From Balanoglossus misakiensis (lineage: Eukaryota; Animalia; Hemichordata), in the NCBI GenBank assembly GCA_040954595.2, contig CM082587.2, forward strand, positions 526,617 through 590,616: 64,000 bases of DNA, in the 5' to 3' direction. The position numbers were made by a program, and so were the translations under genes. Within the stretch, counting starts at the first letter, position 1, and each line of letters begins with the position of its first letter. Positions 36,601 through 51,600 of the stretch are shown here, in pieces. A model generated the notes under the pieces. It ran no database searches. It was not told where the DNA came from and worked only from the letters and a program-made list of their open reading frames with translations.

Positions 36601-39600
36601 AATGTAAATATAACCTCCCAAATGGAATTATTAAGCTAGGTTTGTCTTATACTTCTGATTTTCGTACCGCACTGACCTTCCCATATGATATGCTGCAGAT
36701 TCAGAACTTCAACTTCAAAATAACAAATATATAAACTGAATTCATTTCATCCAATTTAATTATCACATTTAATAAGGACACATGTGTTATAATAATACTG
36801 TAAACTGGTAAATTTGACGCCTTACTGAAATACACTCTAAAAGTTGTCTACTTATTTCCTAATGTTTACACAATTTCGAATACTTATTCCTTTTAAATAT
36901 TTTCTGAGCAATTTTTACTAAAATTGCTGTTGGCTATATTTTGAAAAAAAAAACATTTTCATTCTTTACTCTTGGGATGCAATTTGCTTATATGTTTCGC
37001 CCCAGAGAATCGTGAATTAAACAAAACAGTCTTGAGTTGAAAGAATTGAAAGCTAAGCCGCTTGAAGAAAAAACAACATTGTCTGCCTTTTCCGTGATGT
37101 GATCGAACTCATCAATAATCTTAACCTCAAAAAGTTTGCGAGAAGCGCAAGGTGTGAATGTTGTGTCAAATCCGCCGGTGGCGGTTGTGCGTGCGCGTAT
37201 ATGTCAGTCGTGGCAAACGCGGCCTCGAAGCAGTGATGATGAACGGTCAAATATGATTACCAAAAAACAGTGAACATTTAAATATATCCGTTCAAATGAC
37301 CACCTTTAAATGTTGCTTGAAATACATTAAAAGAAGTATAAGAGTTTTTCCAGGCGAGATCGAATTATCGTTTCAGAGTGATCGCTTTTCGTGTAATGCG
37401 TCATAATCAGCGACTGGTTAGTAAGGATGAGGGAGAGAAATAATCCATAAAATCGTCTTACTGCGGTTTAATTCCCTCCTCTGTTCTCCGCTCTTCCGGA
37501 GACGCACTTTTCAACAACTTCCGATCTCCTCTCGTCATGTTCTGAAAAATCGTTCCCTCGTTTTATTGAAAATCATTCTCCGTTGATAAGCCTTTCCAAA
37601 AACGCTGTCGCGTTATATTTTTATCAGAGAAAGGAGCCCTTTTCCGGGCTTTTGACTCCAGCAGTGATAACTTTATATGTATATGTTTTCAAACATTCGT
37701 AATTGAGATGTTTAAGGATATCTCAGAATCCCGATCTTTATGTACTTTTAGTAAACTGACATTCTCTGCCGGGATTAAATATCGATGTGCCATCTTTCGT
37801 TTCTAACTCATCGCTTAGCAACGTCAACGTTTTCATAAAATAGACTAAACGCTGGAAGTAACATATGTCTTGATAACACTAATGAAATATAGAATCAGAA
37901 GTGGAACTTACTTGAAAAAGTCGTCTTTACAATAGACGTTACCTCCTCTTGAATAACATTTATCACTTAGTTGGGATTGGCAGTCCTTGCATTTGAGACA
38001 CTTGGAGTGCCAAGCTCGATCTTGAACTTTGAGAATAAAACGATCCAGAATCGGGTGTTCACATCCGGCGCATTTCGGGATTTGAGCTAGAAAGGAAAAC
38101 AAGAAGAACAAAATCATAGTTTTGGCATCTCCGTCGAAGGTTAGAAAGTTATGTCAGGTGGCTGTAATAACAGAGTGATGTTAAAGTGTGTTGAAAGGTG
38201 AAGACGTGTAATAGGATTGACAGAAAGTGGTTAACACGACCTGTTCTCTGAAACTTGACAGCAAAAAAAGAAATGACATAGGCAATGAACATGAACACAT
38301 GGTTAGGATTCTTACTCGAAGATTTGCAGGAGTTGATCTGGTTTCGAGCAGCCACATTGAGGGTGGCTGACTCCATCGTGGTGACTGGGAAGACCAAAGC
38401 ATTCATTGTAGACAGAAGTTCTCCCGAAATTATAGAAATTACGGAGTGCGGCAGAGAAAGGAACAATCAGCAAGCCGAGTCGTGACCCGAATTATGACGA
38501 CACGACCGTCTAATCAAATCCCGGTGATAAATGTAACTGCAGGGGACACCGTTGAAGAACGGCCGCCACTACTAAATAGTGACAACCAGTGACACACCAC
38601 TGAATAAAAAAATCCACCCTGACTGTCAATTCTCGTCACTCAATCGGATTGGCTAATCGTCGTCACGCATCGATGACCCCCGTGTAGGCGTGGCTATGGG
38701 GCGTCGACCAATGACGTTCCTTCATTTCCCACGGACATTCATTGAGAGGAAAACAACCTTTCTCTGGATTAATTCGGCCACGTGACCAAATTAAAAAAAA
38801 TATCCATATACAATTTCTTTTGTTGGAGTGGTCTTCCAACAGACCATAACTGCGTTTAACATTACAGAGGAGTTGTGAAAAAAATGACATTGCCAGTTAT
38901 ACTACTGTATTCGACCGTATAGTTTGATGCAAGGCCGATGCCCCAACCCCATAATTCTCTCTGAAACTTTTTACTAATTTTTCCTGCATTTAGCGTTTAA
39001 CAAAGAACAATAGATGTAGTTCACCAAATGTACGATGTTTAGAATTGAAGGCAAACTAGACAAGGGGCACTTTGGTTGTTTTCTCACGAGAAGTTATGTT
39101 ATTTTTGGCAGAAGAGCTGTAATATGATAGTAGAGCTATAAGTTGGTTTTCAGACACGATATTAAGTCAAAGAAATAATTCACACATGCATTTAGAATAT
39201 GTATCTCTAAAAACACACAGACAGATAATTATTGAATAAGAAGTCTAGACAAATTCCAACTCCTATTAGAATACGTAAATCCGACATTGACCTTTACCCT
39301 CCATACTATGTTCAACCAGAATGCATTGCTGTCAAAGTACGTTTTGCACATCTGAATAACTTTGAATCCGATACAGGAGTTTGCTAAAATGCCACTTCGC
39401 GAAATTTGGAGAGTCTGGGATGAGCGGATAAGGTGACGTCAGCAAGATTTCCTGAGGGAAGTGTGAGGGGGTAGTAGTACGCCTGAATAGTTTGGAGAGC
39501 GTTTCTATTCTAAAATGAAAGTTATAAAACGCTGTTTCGTCAAAACCATCGCATTTTCAACTTCTTCTGTTAAAGTTTATCACTTGTCGAGTCAGGACGG

Positions 39601-42600
39601 AAATTATCGCAAACGTCATAAGCTGGGAACATATTGTCATGTCTTACAAAATTACCCAAAGTCCCACTTATTTTTCTCGGACGTCTGTCGTGAAAATCAG
39701 CGGCAACGACGACACACGGCGCTGATGACAGGGCACTTCACGGGCTTCCTTATTGCGCATGTACTTGCGCCGCAAAATTCCCAATTATACCCCTTTACGA
39801 TGGTTTGAGTGCAGCCATAAGACACCAGGAGAATGGATTGTGTGAGGCTTCTCCGCGGACGGGCTCATCAAATGAAGCCCATGAATATTTGGCAGAGCCC
39901 TCTTAATTTCACCCAGAAACCATGCAAAGCAGTTTCAGGAACGAAGTAATTACACCGGGACGTGTCATTAACTAGACGTATTTCTGACTTTCTACGTTTT
40001 CAAATGATTGTCTCTCTCCCTCTCTCTCTCTTCGTTTTTTTGCGTTCGATCAGTCGCAGGTCCAAATTACCACATGCTTCAAAATTAATGAAAAGCTTGC
40101 AATATAAAAGATTTTCAATTTACCTTTCGTTTTGAATTTTCCGTATTTTCTCTTTCTATCTGCAAGATACAAGAACAAAGTTGTGGGCAAACGTTAACTT
40201 TGACTTTTGTTCAATTCAACACCAGAAGCGATAGTCAAAAATGGAAATTATCCTTCAAAATGGTCTTTGAAGTACCCTATTGATTCTGATATTTTCATTA
40301 CAGAATAAACTCTCTTCAATTGAAATATTTGTGGGGAAGAAATATCGCAACATGACTGTTCATGAGATAACGTTTATGGTTTTTGGTCTCCCTGTTCATT
40401 TGTTCAAACAAAGAGAACAAAAAAAAACAAGAGTCGATTTTTATTCTGCGCCAAAGGGACCTCACGTCAAAACCATCATCTCGTTATTATCACTTATCGC
40501 AACTACTTTAATCGTAGTTCTGACAAGACAATCACAGTTGTTAACTTCGCTCATTAAAAAGTACGGGAGTACATTTTTTTATTTTCCAATTTTCTCCTGC
40601 TCATTTGTGAATGTAAGGTAACGCTACTGTGGTCTCTTTGACTCAACGCTATGTAGGTAATTTGACTGTTAAAAACCGACAAACAATTTACCTCCCGTAG
40701 AACGGAGTCAGCCACCTTACTATAGCTCTGCGTCAGGTCTCAATACGATTCGTGACCTGGCGCTCTGTGAGATCATAAATTTAATTTTCTAATTTCTTTT
40801 ATTGATAACTACGTCCACCTGCTGTGCGGTAGTCGCTGTTCTCTACGCATGCTGCCCCCAACCGAATGACGGGCGCCATCCACTAAGGTTGTGAAATTTG
40901 AGTTGTCACAGACGGACAACGACAAAAGCGCGAGGTACCAAAACAATTGAGAGTTCCACAACTGAAGTCCGTTTCGCTTTCAGTGGAGCTTCCGCCCTTT
41001 GTCAAAACCTTCACGTAAAACTCACATTTCCACGCGCATTTAATCTCCTAAAGAATAGAGGGTGAAACTGAATCCCATCTGCATATGGGTACTATTAATC
41101 ACTCAAAAAGTGGTCGACCACACAATTCACAAAACAAGTGTCTCGGGATGAAAACAATGACCGAACACAAAACAACTAAGCTATTTTAATTATAATAGGG
41201 AGCTGACAAAAAAAGTCTTGATACGCATGGCATTTCGAAACATCGAGATACAGAGAGTAATGACTTAATAATGAGCGTAATTAGAGTGAATAATTAATCC
41301 ATAATCCTGGCTTTCAATTGTCTATTACTATCAGAGAATAGCTATTAATTATCTATCCAGTGACAAACGAGGGGCAAGATCCTCTGTCCGGATAATCCAC
41401 AGTGAATCCAAAACAGATCGAACGTATATGCTTTATTTGAAACAACTGCCGCAGTAAAGGAGGTGTTCGCTATGTATTGAACAGTTGGATGCCGCATTAC
41501 GTTGTAAGAAAACCGCCAAAGGCAAAAAATAAATATCACAATATTTGAAGACAACCTTTGTGAAGAGACCAAAATAACTTTCACGGAAAGACTTTTGTGA
41601 CATTAATCAGTTTGTTTGCGTCGGTGGTTTTTTTTTTGCATCTCATCTTGGTGGAATCAAATTGAATTCGCTTGTTTGTGGTTTGTGTCTGACTGTGCTT
41701 TTCTGTGCCTATTACTCAATGGGAAAGTTTGCTCGTTTTTTTGTGTTTTTCAATTCCCACGTACAAACTGCGACATCCTGAAGCAAATGAACCTTTCAAC
41801 TAAGATGTCAGAGATGGGTATCAAACTCTGAAAAAAATATATATTCTGAAGCATCACTAAATAAAATTGATGGTAGGCATACATTACAAAAGTAGTCCTT
41901 ACTTTGCACTAGGCAAGCGTAGGTATCTTAGAACTTACCAAAATGGCAGGGCACGTGGTCAAGCGAAGGCATTATAGACGAAACACGCTGAGCGCTCACT
42001 GCACGAACTGGTTATGCGCTTCTCTGCGGAACACTACGATACTGGTAGCTCCCCTAGATTACTAGCGCCGGGGTTTATACGACACCCACCCTTTTTATTA
42101 TTCAAATCTGTATCCCTCTTATAAAAAACTAGTGGCGCTAAAAGGTAAAATTAGTGAAACATAGGGGAAGTCAATAGCATTGTATTAGAAGAGCGTTGCT
42201 GGCTTTTTCTGGCTGCACGTGCTCGACACGATAATTGTCAATGCCTTTAAAGTGACTTCGTATTATTCGCTGTTTAATCCGGGGCAGTATCATGACTAAT
42301 TCTGCGGCGAAATATTCATGACTCGGGTCGAAATTTGAGGCATATGGTCTCCTGAACAGCTCGACTCCCTGTACCTGATGTATGTTTGTGACAACCCATT
42401 CGTTGTCTAATTAGATTTTTCTTCTCGACGCGAGAAGTGTTTTTCTTTCGGTGGAACGCCGGTGAAAAGGTTTGATGTAAGAGCGACGACTTGTAAAAAC
42501 CATTCAACGAATCAACTCGGTTTCTATAGTAAAAAAGTATACACCGCATCGACTACGGCTGTAACAATTAATTCATAATAATGCCTTGTTACCCCCCTCC

Positions 42601-45600
42601 CCCACCCTTCTGGAAGCCCTGAAAAAACTGAACCGATTGGAAACTCAACTGATAAACATGTACACTTGAGTGATATAACTTAAGTACGTCAGAGACTATA
42701 ACAGTAATTGCCAACCTCTGCCAATTGACAACAACTTCCCTTTTAAAAATAAAAGCAACAACACCATTGAGATGTAACGTTCATAATTTTGAACTTTGAG
42801 GTCCGTATTCATGGATGAATTTACTCTTTCGGATTTTGATGGATTAAATTGTTATTTTCAATGATGAGAAGGTGCCGAATATTTGTGAATGGTAGCCTAG
42901 GCTTGTAGTCGTCACTGCTGTGTATAAAGAGGCTAGGAATGTCTAAGTACGTCATTCAGTGAAAACAAATGTTGATGGCAGTTTGCTTTTGCACTTATGA
43001 ATTTGATGAAAACTGAACAGATCAGAATCACCTGGTCGCTGCTTACCGAACGCGTGGCGACAGTCTGCACACACAGTAAAGTGGTCTTTTCGGAAATGAC
43101 CGGTCTCCACACACACACATGCTCAACTTACCGAGAACATCGCGTGTAGGAAAATTGTTTTAAAAACCATGAATATGAACGATGATCTAGAAAATAATAG
43201 TGTGGAAATGGGAGTGATTTTCTGGCATAAGTTTGCCGTATGTTGCCATGGCTATTGACATTACATAGATGATGGCAAAACAATGGATATCTTTTATATT
43301 TGTTCATTACTCGTTACACGCTTGCTCACTATTTTTTCACCATCTGTTGTTCAACTGCTAACGCATCGTCACTTTCCGCCAACATCATCATCTTCATGCC
43401 GACGAAATGTGTAAAAGTGAAATAAAAATGACGCAATGCTTCTATTTTTGAAACCAAAGTCAACTTTCGTTCTCTGCGTCGACATTTTGTCAAAAATGGT
43501 CGTTTTCTACAAGAGCGGCTTCGAATGAATTGAATTTTTGGCGAAAAAAAAGTGTCGCGTGCGACAGACGATAAGTAATTTTACAGTTCTTAAACAGTCT
43601 CATCCATCTCATTATCAACAATAGGCCATTATATCAAGGATAACCATGGGAAAACATCAATAATGATCATCATCTGTTGTCATAGAAGCAGAGAATAAAA
43701 CTTCGTGACACAAAACGTTCGCGAAAGCCAAACGAAAATACATCCAATGTTTTGTTCATTTCTGGGTACATCCGGGAATTTTGAAAGGAGTCTATCGCGA
43801 AATATTGAGCAGAGTCGATAAATTGAACGGTTTAGTTACTGGTGTACCGACATATCATTTAGTTGATAGAAAGGTTTCAATGTGATTATTTGTAACTTAA
43901 AAGGGCCAACTACAGTTTGGACTTGGTGAAGGGTTACGCACAAGTTTCGTTTTGACAAGACACAGGTCTACTCACGCACTCAAGTATTTCATTCACAGTT
44001 GTCATACTTCGGGAGGCGTTTTAACATTGTCTGGCACGATTAATAGTATTGAGTTACATGTGGGCAAGTTTTGTGGTTTGTACTATGACCGGTAACAAAC
44101 GTCGTGTCTTCCCGCCACACAAAAGTAAAAGTTCGAAAGTGGAAAGATTTATAGCTATCTGTCGGTAGTATCGACACTGGATTTTTTATCCCTTGGTTGG
44201 AAGCAATTCATATTTAAATCTCTGCGATTTGTATTAGCATTAGTCATTGACGCAATATTGAGGAGGTCAAAAGGTCAAACCAATTGGAATAGATTAAGTT
44301 GAGCATCGATGTATTAACCGGAAAACGCTCTTTGAACAAAATCCACGAAAGTTTTGGAGTAAAATCTAAACAAGAGCACGATTCTCTGACTTCTTTTCTC
44401 AACTCGACTCAATGAACGCCACTTCAGGAGTAATTCTGAGCAAGTGGAAAATATACAGATGCAGAGACTAAAAGCTGACATGTGTAACAAAATGAAAAGT
44501 GGTATGAATATATCATAACGTGATGTCATCGATACAGCGAACACGTGATTGTGTCACAGAGAAAGACGATACTACAAGAGGGAATTGGTGAGCTCACGTA
44601 AGTTTCCCGATATCGAACTTGTTGCTGGAAACAAAATATGGCCTGGAAGTGTTTTCTTTGTCGGAGCAAAGCGAGGGTGGCTCTATTAAATTCTGCACTA
44701 CCAGTGTTGGGATTGGAACATTACGTTTGATAGATTTTGTTGATAAGGCTATACTGACGTGTATTGAATCTCTCTATTGAATACTGGCCAACAGTCTGTT
44801 TGGTGTCGATGGCAAAACCAACACCGCGTTATTTGAACTACTCTGACTTATTAGCCGTATAATTGCCATGACGTTGAATATGTCCATTTTCCGCTTGCAT
44901 TTCCCGCGAGTCTGTTCTCATATTCGATGGCGCAACAAAAATGCCCATCCGCTCAGTTTTAAAGAAAAACGTTGCGTATATACTGACGGTTAATCGTGTT
45001 CCCATCGCGAGCATATTGTAAATTGGTCGGGTCTGGCTAGAAATGAGTTGACTTGCCAGGACGCCTTGTCTGTGAAATCGATCACCCGGAAAGGACAACT
45101 TTAGAAAGTATGTGACAGACAGTTTTGACAAAGGGTCAGGGTTCGCGAGTTATCCTACGCACATGTTTAAAATTGACATCCAATTTACAGCTACATTGGA
45201 TATTTCAGTTAAAGAAAGAAAATGAAAAGGGGGGAAAGATGTAGGAAGAAAGCGACATGGAAATTGAATTCTCCTCGGCGGGTGGGGGTTGCTTTGCCGC
45301 GGATGGTGATGAAAATAAAGTAAGCTTCGATATATCGCGAAGGAAGCAATTAAATAATCGAGGTCGTACCGAGAGATTTTAAACTCAGGTGGACCGATTC
45401 CTCTCTCTTTTTCAAAACGCCGAGCGCGTGAAAGAAATCCGGAGACTCGCGAAAAAACTGGCACATGCTACCAGTCTGGATTTGAACAATTAGAACTGCA
45501 TGTACAACGCTCGACATGATTGTGCATCTGTCATACACACAGACGACAGAAAGTGATATTTGCGAGTTGGCCTCATCCGGGTCCAACTTCGGGCCACTGT

Positions 45601-48600
45601 CGCCATTGTAACAAAATGACTTCATCCGTGTCTTCGGAATTCTTCCAAAGGTAGAGGCTCCTCAACCTCGGGTAGATATATATCTACCCTTTCTTTATGT
45701 AGAAGTCAGGTTGGGGCTAAGTCGTGAAATATAGACCCTAATGCCGGACTCTACAGCTTAACCAGTCTCTTTATGAGTGTGACTTAATACATGTATGTTG
45801 TGGGAAGTGACTGAAACAGGAGTCACCATAGGGTCTCAGATCAGGTGCGGCACTGAGACTGATCGCTCTTAATACCGGAAACCTGAGCATACTTCATGAT
45901 TTCCCAGAGGAATCGACTTGAAATCCTTTAAATTAAACCAAAAATGCTCATTGTGTGTATTCCATAGTCAATGGCCTGTTTCCAAGAGACGGCGCGAGGT
46001 TGGGCGGTTCCCCCTACCTGCCAACAAAAAAAAATGGTCGTCAAAATGACTGCATTGTCACTTTGGCAGAAACAAACGCGCAGCCATGCTATAGTTCATG
46101 TTAGGAATGAAATGGCCACTGTGGACTTCAAATTAAACCAACACGTGGCCTTTTCGCCTTTTTGCTTCTTTCCCTTTGCACTTATTGCCAAGAAGAGATT
46201 GTCGCCATTATTTTTCTGAGATGTTTTATTCAACATACTGCTGCACATTGAAATACGAAAAAAGAAAATACTATATTTTGTATGTTGACTCTCCATGGCA
46301 ACCATTTGTTAGACTAAGAGTTGAAATGTAAGCGATAAGATATTGTACCTGACATGTACAAAGAAGTCATGTTTTATTTGGTAGCTCATACATTACAAAA
46401 ATGACCATTTTTATCAAAAAATATCGCCGATAAAACTATGTTACTGAATTACAAGTCTTTTAACTCCAGAGAACATCAAAATATGAGATGTCAGTACACC
46501 CGAGAAACACACTGTGACTGTCTCCGGTGAAACCTTACATTTTATTAATTTTTGGCCTTCCAGGCTGTGTCAAATTCAGAAAGTAATAAGAGTCTTTGCT
46601 TCCGAAAGCCTTACAAGTGTATATTTCCGTGACGCGACGGAATATATGCATTGCTCCATTTTCGACTCCAAATTATGTCGCATTAACGATTTCAACTTAG
46701 AAACAATTCACTATCATGCTATTGTGAGTCGATCATCCAAACCTAAATTATAAGAATAATTGGGCAGTCTACTAATTTTCCGATCAACGTTGTCCATATG
46801 TTGACCGGTCTTGTGATATGAATGAAAGTGCGGACGTCAAATTTTGTACCGAATTAAAAAAATGAACGATTCGGTCACAATCACCGGAAACTCAAGGAAA
46901 ATTGGGCTAATCGCTGATGCAACAATCAATGTGAGCTGGATTCATGGATTCACTGTAAGATTTCCCATTCGAAAATTTGACTCTCATTCTGCTGTGTCTA
47001 CATTAGTTAAGTCCCGATATACACAAACGTGTTGTCTAAATTAACTTGAATCAACCTCAATTCTGACCTTATATACTCGTGTTCTCTCACCATTAATCTA
47101 CACATTTAAAATAAAAACGCCCGAATTCCAAGTTTCTTGGGCTGGAGTTCACTACGTGACCGGCTGCAAGGCACCAAGAATTCAGAAAGAGAACGTTATT
47201 TGTTTTCAATACACGGACGTATCTGAGATCCATTAAAGCAAGGCCTTTCGCGCAGAGGTCGGTCGCTTTTTGTGGACTGACTTAATTGGATCGGTGATTT
47301 TTGCATTTTTATGAAATTTCAAGTTATTGAGGAAAGTTAACTGGATTATAGAGAAACGTGTTCAAATTGAAGCGGTAGAATGCAAAGCTAATTATATTCT
47401 CTGCTTTTGAAACACAAAGCTGTTTCCGATACTTCACACCATAATAATACCATAGTATCAATCGCGTCCACTTTTGAACTGTCGAGAATTTGGCGCCAAA
47501 AATTCAAAATCTGTGGCGGTTGTGTGCTCTTATAAACTAACAAACAATCAAACTGGTACGCGGATATTAGCAATTCAAACATTAATACGAACAAAGACAA
47601 CAAAAGACACTTGGTTTCCGCATCCAGTTTGTTCGTTTCCTTTGCGGCTTGAAGCCTTCCTCGTGCAGATGCACAGATTAAAACGTTTTCTTCTTATTGT
47701 TAACTAAAATATAAGGCGACACATTCTGTAAATATTATAGTCATATAGAAAGTGTCGTCCATTGCATGGTAATCATGTTCGAAATTGAACCAGTGACGCG
47801 TAAATATTCCCTTCTTTACATGTGAAACGGGTAAAGAAAAAGGGGGAGAAAGTGCGTTGTCTTTTGAAATCATTTCCGCTGTTTTTGTTTCAGTGATAAT
47901 TTCGTGCATATTCCTGCTTACTGAAGCATGCTGATGCATTGTTTGTCGGAGCTACACAATTGTTCTCAGATATGCAAATATTTTGATGACGTAATTCACG
48001 ATTCACACAAAAATACGCTAGTTGTTTATCAGAATAAAAACGGGGCACATATAACATTTGTTTTAGTATGAATCTTATGCATTCGTGTTATTTTACATAG
48101 CTATCGTCCTCTCATTGCTATGTATTATAAGCAGAATATCGTTATCAGGCTATAACATGAAACACTGAAAGAAAGTGTTAAACCTCTAAACATCTTGTTT
48201 GCTATAATTTGTCTTGAAATATATTCATGTCAAGAAGACGAATTTCTATGTTCTTATATCAAGGGCAGTTTCGTCGTCAACGATGTCAGTAAACAAAACG
48301 GGAGGTAAAGGTACGGGCGAATCAATCGATCACAGGCAGTCATCAGTATGCACAGATAGACCTAGCCTCAATTTAATAAAAGGAATGGCCTTTAGGAATA
48401 TGAATAATTCAAGTCAGTTTATGAGGCAAAGATGAAATCGGTCAAACGGAACATGGATATCAAATAAAACATTTCGATGGATGGGTCAATGGTTGAACGC
48501 CTTCTGATTTTGGAGTTTAGTGGAGAAAACACGTTTATGATACCGGTCATACAAGTCCTTGAAGAAATATAATTGTAAAATGTTCAGGTTTGTTCTGTGA

Positions 48601-51600
48601 ATCAATACACTGAATCGTGTTCGACTTCTTAAGATGTGTGGAAGGTCTTCGGTACTCGGCTCAGCAAAACAGTTTCTGCATATGAATAACCAGCACTCGT
48701 TTTTATTGATACAGTTAAATTTAAGTCCATATTTAAATCCAATGGTTCCAAAGCAAAGCAAAGCAAAGCAAGGCACGTTACGTGTCTATCTATCTACCTG
48801 CCTGCATGCAAGTATGTATATGTGTAGTATACAGAAAATCAGATGTAACTTTGTCCTAAATTGAAACTTTAGACTTGCGTCTATCATTCTTAGAAAGAAG
48901 CAGGCACAGGAATTGATCTCAGTAAAAATTGAGAAACACGATTGATATATTATGAAATATGACATGAGTGTATTGTACCTGTTACCAACAGATCAATATA
49001 GTTAACTTTTACAAATGGTTGTTTAATGAAATTAGTCCCTCCCCTAAAAGTAGTTGGCAGTAATTTACTGTCTTATGTAAACACATATATCTCAGTCAGT
49101 ATTGCCCCACTTTGCCACATACATAAAAGAAAATACAATTAGGGATAAAATATTACTCCAGTGTTTAACCGTTATTCTGCTCCAGAGGGCTATGAAATCT
49201 ATGAAATGGATAATACATAGTACTTTATTTGTATACCATCAGACCTGTTCTTGAGAACGAAACTGTTCTCACGTTTATGGCTAGCCAGAATGTGTGTTGA
49301 AATATGATGTTGAAAAGAAGAGACTGTTTTCATTTGAAGAAAAAAAATGGATTCTAAAGTGAACAAATTGCGTCACTGTACGGGTTTCCTTTCCATCTAT
49401 AGCGGTTATTCGCCCAAAGGGACTTTCCAAAATAAACCTTTCAAGATGCAAACGAGAGATGTATTCAAGCCATCGATGAGCAGCTAAAAAAGCTTACCAG
49501 ACAATTTCAATCGAAGATGGCTTTCTTTGCCCGAATTCACAGAGCGGGGATCTTTCTCTAAAAGACCCCTCCGACTAAAAAAGAAGCCGTTGAAACGACA
49601 GACGCAAATGGTACGCGAAAAGGAAATTGAAAAAAGCCCTACAATAGATGTTAGGTTTGACCCGACTCCAAAACGAGGCTGAAATGGATGACTCAGGTGC
49701 GCATTGAGAGAAAAAAAGAGTCGTATAAAGATAAGATGATAGCTTCTATGAATCAAACTCAGAAATATGAGGTACAAGAAACCTCTGATAGACTAAGACT
49801 TGGTTGGGATGCCCGCAGGACGAGTATACGCCATGACACTTACCGTTAAATCTGTTCTGTTTGCAGTATTTTAATAACTCCGTATTTTCCAGAGTCTGAG
49901 ATGATGATGATGATGGTTCATACATTCATTTATACATATATTTTTTATCAGAATAATTTATTGAAAATTGTTTAGGTAACTTATTACACAACTGTAACGT
50001 ATTGTCTTTTTCCTCATGTCAATCTGTTTCTATACTCCGCCTCAATTTATATCTTTTTCTCTCTCTCTTTCATTATTCTCTGGGATGGATTCGTAGCTCT
50101 GTTTCCCCGAAGCTGGCAATCAGAATAATGGGATAGACCAATGTACCCTCAAACAGTGCCTTGACTACCCCTTATGAAATATTCATTGACCATTCTAGGA
50201 AACGTATCGTGTGAAAGACACACACATCAGAAATTGTGTTTGTAAACATGTTTTAATCAGTCCATAATTGATGGTGGTGAGTTAATTTGATGGCCATAAA
50301 ACGAGAACAAAGGATCAGGCAGCAGGTATCGCTCTAGTGGTCGCGGGGGACTGAAAGCAGAAATACACGGTAATGACATTGTATTGTTTTCGGTTTGTTT
50401 ATGCAATCATCGCCATTTTCCTAGTTTTCAACGACCACACGCGTTTGAACAATTGAGTGGCAATAAAACATTGTCTTTGTGTCTCTGTCTATCTCTCCGT
50501 TAATACTATCAAGATATCTCCTTCGGTAAAGAATTTAAAATATGGTTGACTTTTCAAGAGCATTCGTCATGAAATGTCTCTGTGCCGGGTTGGTGGAAAA
50601 GTTTTCACGAAACGATGAAATATCAGGAACAGAGTTACTCGCGAAGTTCTCATTTGGAGGATAAGCATTACCAACAAACATGTGTCTGCAATGATGTGAG
50701 GTGGATACTTGTACACACCAAGGGAAGTCCAATTTGTTGAACACACAGAGAAAATGTCAACAAAAAACCACTAAGCGAAACAACAAACAGTTGTAATATT
50801 GAAACCGTCAAGGGCGTTTACAATTGTATAAACCACGCTTCTTAATATCTCCTCTACAAATCTTCACCTTATTTTTACTTTTTGCAATATTTCTTCAGTT
50901 GATCTTCTGTCACTCCGTCGTTTTGTCCTCTCCGCGGTCCTTTTGTAAATTAACATGTCGCGTACAAAAACAGATGGCCTCAGTCTTACAATGGGCTTGT
51001 TAACAGCAACCTCCAAGTGATTAAACAACACTGGCAGAAAATTTCGGTGCGTGAGATCAAATATGATTGCAGTCTAAAGCTGGAACCTCATTGAAAAATT
51101 TACCCGGAATGAAAATTGTCGAGATAAAACTTTAATATCTCTGATAATTTTTCATAATTAGTTGGCGATATTTTCTCCTGAATAATTGCGGGTTTTCTCC
51201 TTCTGTGAATATGGTTTTGAACAAAATATGAACGGGACTATTTTTGCGTTCACAAGGCACTGGAAACGATTATGTTTTGAGGTTAAAATGTCGGAACTGT
51301 TTGCGATCAAAATGATCTAAAAACTCTATAGTTCCACGTAACATTAACATCATATTTGTGAAGTGCCTGCGGAGATCTCGTAATGCATATGTCAATACGT
51401 TTTTGAAATATCTTTATACGGCTCGGCACTGACTCCAAGAGAGCGAGTCACCGATCTGACAATGGGTGGTCCGTGCGTGAAACGCAGAGAATAAGAACAC
51501 AGCTTGCCAAAGTGAAATAAAAAGAAGATGTAAAATGTTGTCAATTTAGTCAAAAAGGGACATTCTAATTAGTTCATATATCTGAGGAATAGATTTTATG

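Noticed and set aside
43132-43170. ATG-led mini exon [13 protein letters not shown] with a gtaagt donor on -
   Set aside because: Phase 0, incompatible with the phase-1 LIM1 acceptor; at most a non-coding leader exon
45670-45689. 20-bp perfect palindrome gggtagatatatatctaccc
   Set aside because: Short, built on an (AT)n core, with no TSD or other context
49498-49777. Open frame ending at a phase-1 gtaagc donor on -
   Set aside because: No ATG start and intron-like composition; lies just inside the intron following the better 49844-49925 exon
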